Shown: positions 10,068 to 20,452, counted from the first letter of the stretch. The stretch is DNA of 64,000 nt from an uncultured Desulfosarcina sp. (GCA_963674945.2 CAXXWQ010000003.1:1376001-1440000), one strand, 5' to 3'. Translations and numbers: made by a program. The notes: generated by a model not told the origin, from the letters alone.

Positions 10068-11735
10068 TCATTTTTTCTCCGGCAGCACCACGGGCAAGCT
10101 GACGGTAAATGTGGCTCCCTCGCCCTCTTTGCTGTCCACGGTTATGTTTCCGCCCATTTTTTCGATGATACGGTAACTGATGGAAAGCCCCAGACCGGTC
10201 CCCTTTCCATTGGGTTTGGTTGTATAAAACGGATCGAAAATTTTCTTTACAACGGATTTCGGAATACCGGGGCCATTGTCATGGATCGCAATCACCAACC
10301 ATTGATCGTTCCTCTTTGTCTGGATTTCAATTTTGCCATCACTGCCAATGGCGTCTATGGCGTTGTTGATCAGGTTCATGAAGACCTGCTGCAATTGGGA
10401 TTCGTCACTGGCGATGACCGGCAAATGGTCGGTATACCGTTTTTTGATTTCGATATTATTAATTCGCGCATGGTTGATCAGCATTTCGATGGTTCGATCG
10501 AGCACCGTGTTGATTTCCACGTCATCCAACCGCGGTTCCATCCGCCTGGCAAATCCCAGCATGGAATGGGTAATCTTCCTGGCCCGATCCACATGTTCCG
10601 CAATTTTTTCGATGGATGCTGCAAATTCCTTGTAATTTTCACTGTCTTTAAACTCCTCATCGGCAAGAAGATCTTCCATCCACCCCGCTTTTTCACCGAT
10701 CACCGCCAGCGGGTTATTGATTTCATGGGCAATTCCGGCGGCCATTTTCCCCAATGCGGCCAGTTTGTCCTGCTGAATCAGTTGGGCATTGAGTTCGGTC
10801 ATCTCCTGGTCGGCCTGTTCCAAGTGCCGCACCAGTGTATGGGAAATCAATACAATCGCAGCCAGAATCACCAATCCGCCAATTGTGATGATGAGAATTT
10901 CCGTATCACGGGCTTTTCCCATCCATCCATCCTGTTGGCCTGTATCCTGGCTGATGACCAGCATCCAATCGTTGTCTTTGAGCCATGAACCGCCGATAAA
11001 GCGGATGTTGCGACCCTGTGTTTTCCTCTCGATGACCGTGGTACCGTGGCCGAATTGTTGGGTATCGATATTCGAACGGCTGAGTGCCGCCCCATCAAAA
11101 CGCGGGTTGGTCTGAAACACGCCTTCCCGATTGACGATATAAGCGTCACCGGAAGTGCCCACCTGCGCGTTGCGCACCAGCCGGTTGAAGATGTCCGAGT
11201 CGATAGTGGCCCGCAGAATCCAACTGCTGCTGCCCGATTCTCCTCTTACGGCAATGATGAAATGGGGCACTTGCCGAAATCCCATATAAACATCGCTGAT
11301 ATATTTTCCCCTCCGCATCACTTCATCGAACCAGGGTTGTTTAAAATAGTTCAGCCCATGGAGGCTGTAGGGTCCGACATAGGCCAATTGCTGACCCGCA
11401 TCGTCGATAATTCCCAGATCCACCAACCCCAGTCCCTCCGTACGTCGGTTGATTGCTCGGAAGAAATTGTTCAAATTCTCCTGGTTGCTGAGTTTTTCAA
11501 AGGACTGGGTCTCAACGATCATGGCCAGAATCGTCGTACGTTCCCGCAAAAAGACATCCACGGCATTGCTTTGTGACCGGGCCAGATGACGTATCTGATC
11601 CTCCACCTTCGACCTGTAGATGACGCCGAACTGATAGTAGATCGCAGTGGCCAGCAGGATCAGCGGCCCTATGGATACCGCCAGTGTGATGCTGATGAGT
11701 TTTATTCTGAGATTCTTATATAGCGTACGTTTCAT
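10068..11735 (-). CDS. Sensor histidine kinase with Cache domain
   Basis: AHEINNP H-box and HATPase boxes; paralog of 5548-7281. Confidence 0.93.
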   Translation of the reverse strand: MKRTLYKNLRIKLISITLAVSIGPLILLATAIYYQFGVIYRSKVEDQIRHLARSQSNAVDVFLRERTTILAMIVETQSFEKLSNQENLNNFFRAINRRTEGLGLVDLGIIDDAGQQLAYVGPYSLHGLNYFKQPWFDEVMRRGKYISDVYMGFRQVPHFIIAVRGESGSSSWILRATIDSDIFNRLVRNAQVGTSGDAYIVNREGVFQTNPRFDGAALSRSNIDTQQFGHGTTVIERKTQGRNIRFIGGSWLKDNDWMLVISQDTGQQDGWMGKARDTEILIITIGGLVILAAIVLISHTLVRHLEQADQEMTELNAQLIQQDKLAALGKMAAGIAHEINNPLAVIGEKAGWMEDLLADEEFKDSENYKEFAASIEKIAEHVDRARKITHSMLGFARRMEPRLDDVEINTVLDRTIEMLINHARINNIEIKKRYTDHLPVIASDESQLQQVFMNLINNAIDAIGSDGKIEIQTKRNDQWLVIAIHDNGPGIPKSVVKKIFDPFYTTKPNGKGTGLGLSISYRIIEKMGGNITVDSKEGEGATFTVSLPVVLPEKK

Positions 11736-11750
11736 AGCTTACACGAAGTT

Positions 11751-11868
11751 AGCTGTTAGCGGATAGCATTTATATAGCAGGCAGTCACAAGTATTTTAAA
11801 TACCATTCTTTGGGTTACATTTAAAAGCTCAGATATTCTTTGAAATCACTCTACATATCGCTAACAGC
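11751..11868. repeat. Short inverted-repeat (REP-like) intergenic element
   Basis: GCTGTTAGCGGATA ... TATCGCTAACAGC inverted pair around an AT-rich spacer. Confidence 0.45.
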
Positions 11869-11894
11869 CAAAGGTTAACCGCTGATCTTATTTT

Positions 11895-13604
11895 CTACCA
11901 GGCAAGAAATCGCCAATATCCGAACACGGCCCAAAACCAGAGTACGAGCCATGCAAGGATCGTGATCGGAAGTCCGAATTTAACGAAATCCATCACATCC
12001 AGCAAACGCTCTCCAGTCTCCGGATCTTTTCCCATGCCGAAACAGATGGCGTTATTGGGGGTGCCGACGACCAGAAAGTTTGCAAATGAGGAAGAAAAAG
12101 ATGTGATTAATCCTACCTTCCAAACACTTACGTTGGCCAGTGTGGCCATTGGCAAAACGATGGGTCCCAAGGCGGCCACCGTTGCACCATCGCTCATGAA
12201 ATTGGTCATGGTACCCGTAAGCAGGCTCACGCCGATCACCAGGCCGTCTCCTTTGGTAAGAACATCGGGCAGCACGCCGACGAAGGTTCTCGCCAACCAT
12301 AAGGCCCCGCCGGAAAACTTGAGCGCAACGCCCATTGCACAGGCGGCGGCATACAGCCCGACCACATCGAAGGCCACGCCGTTTTGGATATCTTCCCAAC
12401 GTAAAATTCGGCACACAAACATGGCCATGACGGCGTACAGGGTCGGACCGCCTAGCCCGGCATGCTCACCGATGATGATCCACGCCAGCACCAGCAATAC
12501 GAGAATCACAGCCATCATCGCCTCCTGGCCGCCAAACTTCGGCATGTTTGCCACCTCCGCCTTTACAACCTGGCTGGGGTTGACCCCTTTGACCGCGAAC
12601 TTGGGTTTCAGTCGCAGATACATGAACAGTCCGATCACCCAGGACATCAACGGTACAAAGGGAAGGCCGATTTTCATCCATTCCAAAAAACTGATGGGCA
12701 TGCCGTAATCGGCAAGGTAGCCAACCATGATGGCGTTTCGACCACCGGCCGCCGGCGAACCAGGCCCGCCGTGGTTTGCCGCAAAGCAGACCCCCAAAAG
12801 AAGAAAGACGGCCAGGGCACGGTCTTTTTTTACGCCGTTCATTTTGCATGTCGCTTTATAAATTCCCATGAGAACGGGAATGAGCAGCGCCACAAGCGCA
12901 TGTTCCGAGAGAAATCCGGCAGATATGGCCAATAGGGGAAGAAAAATGAAAGCGAAGGCCTTGGCACTTTTAATGCGGCTGAGCAAAATAAGCCCGATTC
13001 GTTTGTCCAAGCCGGTTTTGGCTACCCCCACGGCTACGGCCAGAATGCCGAAAATGAAAAACACGGCGTCCTTCATATATGCCTGTGAGATCTCATTAAT
13101 GGGCAATATGGCAAATAAATAGAGCAGCACCCCCACGAGGATGTCCGTGGCTCCCAATGGTAAGGCTTCCGTGCCCCACAAAAAAGCGACCAAAAATAGA
13201 ATACAAACGGTCAACTTGGCCATTTGCGCGACCTGATAATGGGTGAGAAGCGGTTCGGTCTCTTTGCCATGGGTTGACGTATGGCTATTTTCTTGAGCGG
13301 ATTGAGAGGCGTTGAATGCCTCGGGACGCAGCTTTTTGTTGACGGCATCGGTAATGGTTTTTGCTCCCTTGGGCAACTTGTAGCCGGACGGGTGAGCCGC
13401 CTTGACCATATCCAGCATTCCCTGCGTGGGCGGAAGCATAACGGCAAACGTAAACAGGAGTGCTGCCATGATAATAAAAACGGGTTTGTATCCGGGTCTA
13501 TTCTTCCACGTCCACACCCGTTTTTCGCGACTGTCAGCCAGTAACGGGTCAAAACCATGATCCACTGCGGTTTGATGTGACATTCTCCCTCCTTTATCAG
13601 TCAT
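11895..13604 (-). CDS. SLC13/DASS family anion:sodium symporter
   Basis: TEALPL, SEHA, GGPGSPAAGGRN, TNFMSDGA and GTPNNA motifs; many TMs. Confidence 0.92.
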   Translation of the reverse strand: MTDKGGRMSHQTAVDHGFDPLLADSREKRVWTWKNRPGYKPVFIIMAALLFTFAVMLPPTQGMLDMVKAAHPSGYKLPKGAKTITDAVNKKLRPEAFNASQSAQENSHTSTHGKETEPLLTHYQVAQMAKLTVCILFLVAFLWGTEALPLGATDILVGVLLYLFAILPINEISQAYMKDAVFFIFGILAVAVGVAKTGLDKRIGLILLSRIKSAKAFAFIFLPLLAISAGFLSEHALVALLIPVLMGIYKATCKMNGVKKDRALAVFLLLGVCFAANHGGPGSPAAGGRNAIMVGYLADYGMPISFLEWMKIGLPFVPLMSWVIGLFMYLRLKPKFAVKGVNPSQVVKAEVANMPKFGGQEAMMAVILVLLVLAWIIIGEHAGLGGPTLYAVMAMFVCRILRWEDIQNGVAFDVVGLYAAACAMGVALKFSGGALWLARTFVGVLPDVLTKGDGLVIGVSLLTGTMTNFMSDGATVAALGPIVLPMATLANVSVWKVGLITSFSSSFANFLVVGTPNNAICFGMGKDPETGERLLDVMDFVKFGLPITILAWLVLWFWAVFGYWRFLAW

Positions 13605-13674
13605 GATTGAGCAGGCGTCATTCTCTACGATACCTGTTTTTCAGTGATGTGCGATACTTGTGACCCCATGACGG

Positions 13675-13690
13675 AGCAATGGACATGCCA
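13675..13690 (-). promoter_or_regulatory. sigma54 (-24/-12) promoter of the DASS-HK operon
   Basis: TGGCATGTCCATTGCT, exact GG-N10-GC spacing. Confidence 0.8.
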
Positions 13691-13785
13691 TTGGGGTGAA
13701 GCGTGTTGTATTTTTTTAATGCATTGTAATAATAGGATAAAAACTCTGGTCCAAAGAAATCTTCACATGACTCATGCGAAACGTC

Positions 13786-13821
13786 TGTCAGCATCTTTTA
13801 CACTTTGTAAAAGAGCTGACA
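13786..13821. promoter_or_regulatory. Putative UAS shared by divergent sigma54 promoters
   Basis: TGTCAGCATCTTTTACA-CTT-TGTAAAAGAGCTGACA, near-perfect inverted pair. Confidence 0.75.
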
Positions 13822-13877
13822 GAACAGAAAACAAATCGTGCCGCCAAACTATCTTCGAAGTATATTTTTCCACATAA

Positions 13878-13890
13878 TAACAGGTTGATA
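13878..13890 (-). promoter_or_regulatory. Putative IHF site
   Basis: TATCAACCTGTTA matches WATCAANNNNTTR, between the UAS and the sigma54 promoter. Confidence 0.5.
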
Positions 13891-13905
13891 TGGTATTCAA
13901 ACCCT

Positions 13906-13922
13906 TTGGCACGCTCAATGCA
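13906..13922 (+). promoter_or_regulatory. sigma54 promoter of the STAS/cytidylate-kinase-like genes
   Basis: TTGGCACGCTCAATGCA, GG-N10-GC. Confidence 0.75.
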
Positions 13923-14084
13923 GAATAGCGTCATGAAGAAGCACTGGTAACCTAGTGCGTCACAATGGATGCAGGCCGCCTGTTGAGAAATCTTCCCTAA
14001 AAGCATTGAACCGAACGGTCATGACGGAATGATTGTGGGATCTACTCATCTTCTATACTCACACAAAACAGTAGAGGTTACCTG

Positions 14085-14363
14085 ATGGCAAACAATTTTT
14101 ATGTCTTAACCGAGAGGAAAAGAAATCGTTCATTATCCATTAGACTGTCCGGCGATTTTGATGGTTCATCCGCCTGTGAACTGATCAATGTACTGAAAGC
14201 AAATGAGGCAAAACATGACAATGTGGCCATCGACACCAATGGGTTACGAACCGTCTATAACTTCGGGCTGAATGTCCTCCGCCCTCATCTTTCCAAGAGT
14301 ACCAACACCCGGTTGGCCATCGAACTGACCGGTCGCTTTCGTGAGGTATTTCAGGCAGAATAG
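14085..14363 (+). CDS. Small STAS-like protein
   Basis: IRLSGDFDGSSA...VAIDTNGL pattern of a STAS fold; RBS GAGG. Confidence 0.7.
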   Translation: MANNFYVLTERKRNRSLSIRLSGDFDGSSACELINVLKANEAKHDNVAIDTNGLRTVYNFGLNVLRPHLSKSTNTRLAIELTGRFREVFQAE

Positions 14364-14480
14364 GGAATTTGTTAACATCTGTTTACGCCTTGGATGAAGT
14401 TACCACCGACCATAATTTGGTAAATGGCAAAAAGAGTTGTTTCTGTAAGACATCTTCTCAACGAAAGAACGGAGATCACC

Positions 14481-15215
14481 ATGAAAAAAACATTGTATTC
14501 CGGTAAATATGTCCCGGGAACTTATTCTCAAAGAGTATCCAATATTGAAGAGCGCATTGAAAATTATGTTCTTGAATGGGAAAAAAAGAAATCTTCCAGA
14601 GAGGAAACACCTGAATTTTTTCCTGCCATCACATTTTCCAGAAAAATCGGTGTCGGTGCGCTAAACATCGCTGATATCGTGGGGGAAAAATTGGGTTTCC
14701 GGGTAGCCGACCGGGAAGTGATCGAAAAAATCGCCGAACAGGCCGAGGTCAGTGAAAAAGCCATCGCATTTTTCGATGAACGATTTCCAGGTTATGGGAA
14801 CCGAACATTTAAATTTTTATTTGGCGAGAAATCATTTATCGACAGCGACTATTCCAGACATTTGATCACCGTCATCACGGCCATAGCGGGTTCGAATTCC
14901 ACGGTTTTCGTCGGCAGGGGTGCACATCTCATTCTTCCCCGCGATCGGGTGCTGGCCGTACGGTGTATTTGTTCCGACGACTTCAGAGTGAAGCGGGTTG
15001 CCGATATCATGGGAATCGATGAGCATGAGGCCAAAAAGCAATTATCTGAAACCGACAAGGAACAGGCGGCGTTTTTCAGAAAAGTCTTCAACAAGAAAGC
15101 GGCACCACCCGATGAATTTGATATGGTGGTGAACCTGGATCATTTTGCAAGGCCGGAAGATGTAGCCGATATTGTCATGCTTGCCTTCAATAAAAAATTC
15201 GATACCGCCGGTTGA
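14481..15215 (+). CDS. Cytidylate kinase-like family protein
   Basis: ITFSRKIGVGA, DRE, VFVGRGAH and FDMVVN motifs; start MKKT after GGAG. Confidence 0.85.
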   Translation: MKKTLYSGKYVPGTYSQRVSNIEERIENYVLEWEKKKSSREETPEFFPAITFSRKIGVGALNIADIVGEKLGFRVADREVIEKIAEQAEVSEKAIAFFDERFPGYGNRTFKFLFGEKSFIDSDYSRHLITVITAIAGSNSTVFVGRGAHLILPRDRVLAVRCICSDDFRVKRVADIMGIDEHEAKKQLSETDKEQAAFFRKVFNKKAAPPDEFDMVVNLDHFARPEDVADIVMLAFNKKFDTAG

Positions 15216-15230
15216 TTCCTTGTATTCAAA

Positions 15231-15334
15231 CCGGGTGCTTTGCACCCGGAACCAATCCTAACGATGAAAGCACGTAACGTGCTTTTGGATATCCGGCCTG
15301 CGGCCGAATATCCAAACCATCCGCTTTGCGGGTT
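15231..15334. repeat. Array of four hairpins with 3-nt loops (REP/terminator-like)
   Basis: CCGGGTGC-TTT-GCACCCGG; AAAGCACG-TAA-CGTGCTTT; TTTGGATATcCGGCC-TGC-GGCCGaATATCCAAA; CCGC-TTT-GCGG. Confidence 0.6.
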
Positions 15335-15385
15335 GTCGTTGACGCAAATCGTATCGAGGAACTATCGGTCTAAAGTGAATGAGCG

Positions 15386-16690
15386 ATGAGCGAAGGTTCG
15401 ATTTTTCTATGGATCGCGATCATATTGGTAATGACCCGCTTGTCTGCATTCATCGAACGCATCGGTCAACCCGCAGTGATGGGGGAGCTTTTTGTGGGCA
15501 TCCTCCTCGGAAATCTCTCCCTTCTCGGAATAAATGTAGTAGAGCCAATCAAACATGATCTGGTATTCAAATTCCTCTCAGAGCTTGGTGTCGTAATTCT
15601 CCTTTTTCAAGTTGGTCTGGAATCGAGAATCGAGGAAATGCGTCGATTGGGATCTCGCGTCTTTATTGTGGCATGCATAGGTGTCATTCTCCCATTTCTT
15701 CTGGGATTCTATGCTGTCACGCCTCTCTTCTTTCCCGATGCGACACCCGAAACCGCTCTTTTTCTGGGCGCAATGCTAACGGCGACATCCGTTGGTATCA
15801 CGGCCAGGGTTTTTCAGGATCTTGGCAGAGTAAAAAGTGAGGAGTCCCAGATCGTCATGGGGGCTGCCGTCATAGACGATATCCTTGGATTGAGCATCCT
15901 TGCCGTTATCAAGGCAATCGTGGAGTCGGGTCGGCTTGACCTCGAAGGCGTTGCCTGGATAACGTTCAAAGCGGTGGCTTTTCTTGGCACAGCCCTGTTT
16001 TTGGGTCAGATGCTCACCCAATGGCTCGGAAAATGTTTTTCACGCATCAATCCGGGTATCGGAATGAAATTCATCCTGGCAATCAGTTTCTGCCTGATTT
16101 TCGCATTTGCTGCTGATTTCCTGGGTCTGGCACCGATTGTGGGCGCTTTCGCAGCCGGATTAATTCTCGAACCCGTCCACTTTCTTCATTTCGACAACCC
16201 GGACATCATTCGTGATGTTGAAAAGGTCATCGACGACTCTCATCCGGAAGTACAGTTGAAAGTCATTCAAGTGCTTGAAACCCATGCGGATGTTCATGTA
16301 CAATCACTCATCAAACCATTGGCCTATTTTCTTGTGCCCCTTTTTTTCGTCAGGACGGGCATGGAAGTCAAACTTTTGGTCTTTCTCAATCCGGAGATTA
16401 TGATATTGGCGTTGGGGATCACTGTAGCGGCTTTCGCCGGGAAGATTTTTGCCGGCATGTTTGCAGGTCCGGTAAAAAAATCCGTCGTGGGGTGGGGCCT
16501 TGTTCCCCGCGGTGAAGTGACCCTGATTTTTGCGGCAACAGGCAAAACGCTGGGTGTTCTTACGGACGCCCTTTTCTCTGCCATTATTATCATGGTCATC
16601 ATCAGTACGGTGGTGGTTCCACCTGTGTTGAATCTTCTGCTGAAAAATAAAAATCCGCTTGCAGATGGCTCGGCTCCGGGTTCCCCCTGA
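15386..16690 (+). CDS. Cation:proton antiporter (CPA2, NapA-like)
   Basis: GQPAVMGE, ATSVGIT, AVIDD and PRGEV motifs. Confidence 0.92.
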   Translation: MSEGSIFLWIAIILVMTRLSAFIERIGQPAVMGELFVGILLGNLSLLGINVVEPIKHDLVFKFLSELGVVILLFQVGLESRIEEMRRLGSRVFIVACIGVILPFLLGFYAVTPLFFPDATPETALFLGAMLTATSVGITARVFQDLGRVKSEESQIVMGAAVIDDILGLSILAVIKAIVESGRLDLEGVAWITFKAVAFLGTALFLGQMLTQWLGKCFSRINPGIGMKFILAISFCLIFAFAADFLGLAPIVGAFAAGLILEPVHFLHFDNPDIIRDVEKVIDDSHPEVQLKVIQVLETHADVHVQSLIKPLAYFLVPLFFVRTGMEVKLLVFLNPEIMILALGITVAAFAGKIFAGMFAGPVKKSVVGWGLVPRGEVTLIFAATGKTLGVLTDALFSAIIIMVIISTVVVPPVLNLLLKNKNPLADGSAPGSP

Positions 16691-16721
16691 AAGGGGAGAT
16701 GCACTAGGATCACGAAAAGCC

Positions 16722-16846
16722 ACAGGAGTCAGAGGAGTATTCAGGAGCCAGAATGAATCTGATGTCGCTTTGCTCCATCGATTGGATCATATGGATCGAG
16801 CCGAAGGCGAATACCTGATTCCGAATTCTGACTCCTGGATTCCTGT
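16722..16846. repeat. Inverted heptamer-type REP element between convergent genes
   Basis: CAGGAGTCAGA and TTCAGGAGCCAGAAT versus ATTCTGACTCCTGGATTCCTG (13/15 inverted match). Confidence 0.55.
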
Positions 16847-16911
16847 AACAATCAAACGGTAGAACCATTTATCTTTTGATCTGGCCGAGAAACCTGGTTT
16901 TCTGCACTTCT

Positions 16912-17811
16912 TTATGGCAGCACCCGAACCCATTCAAAAAACAGATCCTGTTCGCGAAGAACACCGACCACCGTATCATCCTTCATGACAATCATCCGGC
17001 GGCATTTATCGTTCACCAACCGGTAGGCGGCTTCCATGAGATTGGCCTGTGCGTCGATGGCCGGTGGTGCCGGCGACATGAGGTCTCCCACTCTTGTCGA
17101 TGCCAGCCTTTGTGCCTCCCGAGTAAACATGCCGGTCCAAAACATGGGAGAATAATACAGGCTGTCTGCCGTGGAAGGCTTGGGCGCAGACAAGTAACCT
17201 GGAAGCACTGCTTCCAAAAGATCGATGATGGAAAGGATCCCCTCAACCTTGCCCGCCTGATCGAAAACCAGCAGGCTGCGGTGCCCTGTTTCCATGATTC
17301 GATTGGTGTGAAGCTGCGGTGAGAAGGACTTTTTCAATTCAGCGATGCCTTCGGCAACTGTTTGCTCGGTCTTCACCGTCGTGTATTCGGATAAGGGGAT
17401 CATGACGTCTTCAACCGTTTTTTCTTCTTGTTTGCCACCGACATTCTTCTGTCGGCTGGCATCCATGATCCGTGATGCCAACAGATCGATGTCGCAGGGT
17501 TTGGACAGGTAATCGAAAGCCCCATGGCTAAGCGCTCTCCTGGCGCTATCATCTCCGCCGTGTCCCGTCAGCATGATCACCGGAAGGCCCGGTGACCGCT
17601 TTTGAATCTCTTCCAGGGTCTCGTTACCATCCATGTCCGGCATCCGGACGTCCAGTACGACCACATCCGGTTTGTCTGAAAGCTGCTCCAGCGCTTCACG
17701 CCCGTTTGCGGCGATCAATGTGTCAAATCCTTTTTTCTGGAACACTTTTTTCGTCGCTTCCCTGAATTTCGGTTCGTCATCGACCATCAACACTTTTATT
17801 TTTTTTGTCAT
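16912..17811 (-). CDS. Response regulator with C-terminal CBS pair
   Basis: Receiver domain (MVDDE, LDVRMP, LTGHG, SKP) followed by CBS domains; start MTKKIK after AAGGAG. Confidence 0.9.
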   Translation of the reverse strand: MTKKIKVLMVDDEPKFREATKKVFQKKGFDTLIAANGREALEQLSDKPDVVVLDVRMPDMDGNETLEEIQKRSPGLPVIMLTGHGGDDSARRALSHGAFDYLSKPCDIDLLASRIMDASRQKNVGGKQEEKTVEDVMIPLSEYTTVKTEQTVAEGIAELKKSFSPQLHTNRIMETGHRSLLVFDQAGKVEGILSIIDLLEAVLPGYLSAPKPSTADSLYYSPMFWTGMFTREAQRLASTRVGDLMSPAPPAIDAQANLMEAAYRLVNDKCRRMIVMKDDTVVGVLREQDLFFEWVRVLP

Positions 17812-17852
17812 CTTATGCTTCTCCTTACAAACAAGATGTAGTGTTTTTTCTC

Positions 17853-18365
17853 TCAAGCCTCGACCATGGAAAAAACGGTGCAGATCAACGCCGCCATGCC
17901 GATGAAGGTCAGCAGGACGACGAACACGGCCCGGATTTTCGACAATCCCAATCCGCGAACCAATCCGGTTCCGATCAACCACCATCGCCATGGCTCGGTA
18001 AGAAAAAAAGCCGCCGGTATCCACGCGAGAATCAACACCGCGCTGGCACTTAACGAGAAAATGTTCCACAAACGAAAGAAGGCATAGCGTCTGCCGGTGG
18101 TGGCAATCAGAGCCACATAGGCAACGGCGCTGCCGATCACCACCATTCCGATGGCATTGACAAATAGGAGGACGCCGTTGCGCAATAGGCCCCCCACCGG
18201 ATTCACCAGGGTAGCGGTAATGGAAAAACACAGCGCCGACAATGACAAAAACCCCAGGGCTTGTCCGACCGTCACATTGTTAAAACGATCCTGAAAAAAT
18301 GCGCCGGGATGTGCCATTACTGCGGTCACTGTGCTCACGTATTTTTTTGTCCAATGCAAATTCAT
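17853..18365 (-). CDS. YIP1-like membrane protein
   Basis: HPGAFF N-terminal motif and about 5 TM helices, co-oriented in the operon. Confidence 0.7.
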   Translation of the reverse strand: MNLHWTKKYVSTVTAVMAHPGAFFQDRFNNVTVGQALGFLSLSALCFSITATLVNPVGGLLRNGVLLFVNAIGMVVIGSAVAYVALIATTGRRYAFFRLWNIFSLSASAVLILAWIPAAFFLTEPWRWWLIGTGLVRGLGLSKIRAVFVVLLTFIGMAALICTVFSMVEA

Positions 18366-18524
18366 TTAGATCACTCCCATCTTGTAAAGAATTCCCGCAA
18401 CGAGCATGATCAGGGTCAGGAAGAAGTAAAATCGCCGCTCCGTGCTGGCGGAAAACCAGATCTTTCCTGACCGTCGGGCCAATACCGGCTTATGCGGCTT
18501 GGCAATGGCTCTCTCCTCATTCAT
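18366..18524 (-). CDS. Small single-TM protein
   Basis: RBS AGGAGA, C-terminal TM helix FYFFLTLIMLVAGIL, tight operon spacing. Confidence 0.65.
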   Translation of the reverse strand: MNEERAIAKPHKPVLARRSGKIWFSASTERRFYFFLTLIMLVAGILYKMGVI

Positions 18525-18549
18525 CACCGATCTCCTGTTCATTTGATCA

Positions 18550-20400
18550 TTAAAAACCGGGAAGCCCGCCAAATCCTCGGAAGATCCAGTAAACACCGGT
18601 CATTGCCAGCAACACCGCATTGGCCAGAAACCATATGGGAAGGCCCACCCGAATGTAGTCTCTGGGCTCCAGATAACCGCTGGCATAAACGATGGCATTG
18701 GGGGGCGTGCCGATGATCAGGCAATAGGCCATAGACGAAGCAATGGCCGTTGCCATGGCCATGAAGGGCAGAAATGTGGTACCCGGGTGCACCAGACCGG
18801 CCATATTCAGGGTAATGGGGCCGACGGCGGCAGCGGCGGGACCATCCGCCATGAGGTTGGTTAAAATGGCGGTCAGACCGTTGCTGGTGGCCATCAGTGG
18901 CAGACCGGCATCCATCCCCAGCGGCGCCAGTGTATCGATGACGGTGCGGGCCAACCAGTAAGCGGCTCCCGTGCTGTCCAAGGTTCGACCGAAAATGATG
19001 GCACCGGCGTATAACCAGACGACCCCCCAGTCCACTTTTTCCTGGTAATCACGCCAGTTGACGACCCCGGTGAGCAGGTAGGCCACCGCACCGGCAACGG
19101 CAATGACACCGATGCCAAGGCGGATGGGATAAATACCCAGATTGTAAAACTCCTTTTCCGTGAACCACCCGAACACCATGATCACAAAGATCACCAGGGC
19201 CGAAATCTGCTTCCGGTTCCACCCCCCCATGCGTCCGATCTCCTTTTGCAGGTGATCCATTGCCGGCGCCAGGGAGACGATGGTGGGTTTGAAACGCCAG
19301 TTGAGCATCAGCCACGTGACGGGTATCATGATGATCACATAGGGGAAACAATAGGTGATCCACTGGAAGTAACCGATGTCCAAGCCGAACATGTCCGCCA
19401 GGTAGGTCATCATGATGACATTGCGCGCTCCACCCGAAGGGGCGCCGGGTCCGCCGATGTTACAGGCCATGGCAATGGCGATCATCAGCATTTTGCCCAG
19501 TTCAGGGTCCTGGGGCACCTCCTCGGTCAGGGAGTTCTGATATAAAAGCATGCCGATGGGCAGAAACATGGCGGCCAGGGCGTGGTCTGAGATGAAGGCG
19601 GCCAACGGTGATATGATGACAAAGAAAATCAGCGTTATCCAACGCACATCGGGAACCGCCAGCTTTCTGAACATCATCAGGCAGACCCGTTTGTCCACGC
19701 CGGTCTTGACAAAGGCGGCGGCAAACATCAGGCTGCCCATGATGAACCAGCATGCGTCATCCCAGTACAGCATGGCCACCTGTTTTCGAGATATCACGCC
19801 GGTAAAGACCAGAATCAGGCCGATGCAAAAGGCAACGCCGGGCAAGGGGATACACTCGGTGAGAAAACAGAGGACGACAAAGGCTCCCATGGCGATGGCG
19901 ACCTTGATATGCCAGGCGCCCTTATCGGCCTCGATCCGGTCCTTGGGGCTGAGGGTTTCATAGGTCAGCCCCGTCTTTCGCAGATCCATGGCGGCTTTCA
20001 TCAATGATAGATACGCATCATCGGTGACTTGCGTATCGATGAATTCTTTCGCCCGCGCAAAATTGGTTCCATCGGCCGTGATTTTGTTGCTTTTGCACCA
20101 CTTGATATCGCGCTTGAGGTAGCGGTCTCGTGTCAAGGCCCCCATGTTCATATTCTGTTCCATGATTGTGGCGGTGAGCAACTGCCACTGCTCGACATCC
20201 GCAGATGTTCTCTTGAACAACGTCTGGGTGATGTGTTCGATGACGGCTTTCGGACCGATTCGATACTCGGTCCCCACATCTTTCATGCCGTATGGTGTGG
20301 GTATTAAAAGTAACACGAAAAAGAGGACGACGGGAATGCTGAACATTTTCCAGTCTACATATTTATCGTACCCGGTCACTTTTTTCTCTTTTTTTGCCAT
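18550..20400 (-). CDS. SLC13/DASS family anion:sodium symporter
   Basis: TECIPL, ISDHA, GGPGAPSGGARN and GTPPNA motifs. Confidence 0.93.
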   Translation of the reverse strand: MAKKEKKVTGYDKYVDWKMFSIPVVLFFVLLLIPTPYGMKDVGTEYRIGPKAVIEHITQTLFKRTSADVEQWQLLTATIMEQNMNMGALTRDRYLKRDIKWCKSNKITADGTNFARAKEFIDTQVTDDAYLSLMKAAMDLRKTGLTYETLSPKDRIEADKGAWHIKVAIAMGAFVVLCFLTECIPLPGVAFCIGLILVFTGVISRKQVAMLYWDDACWFIMGSLMFAAAFVKTGVDKRVCLMMFRKLAVPDVRWITLIFFVIISPLAAFISDHALAAMFLPIGMLLYQNSLTEEVPQDPELGKMLMIAIAMACNIGGPGAPSGGARNVIMMTYLADMFGLDIGYFQWITYCFPYVIIMIPVTWLMLNWRFKPTIVSLAPAMDHLQKEIGRMGGWNRKQISALVIFVIMVFGWFTEKEFYNLGIYPIRLGIGVIAVAGAVAYLLTGVVNWRDYQEKVDWGVVWLYAGAIIFGRTLDSTGAAYWLARTVIDTLAPLGMDAGLPLMATSNGLTAILTNLMADGPAAAAVGPITLNMAGLVHPGTTFLPFMAMATAIASSMAYCLIIGTPPNAIVYASGYLEPRDYIRVGLPIWFLANAVLLAMTGVYWIFRGFGGLPGF

Positions 20401-20452
20401 GGTCAAACCCCTTGGTATTCGTGATTTATATCAACTCTCATTATCTTAAGTT

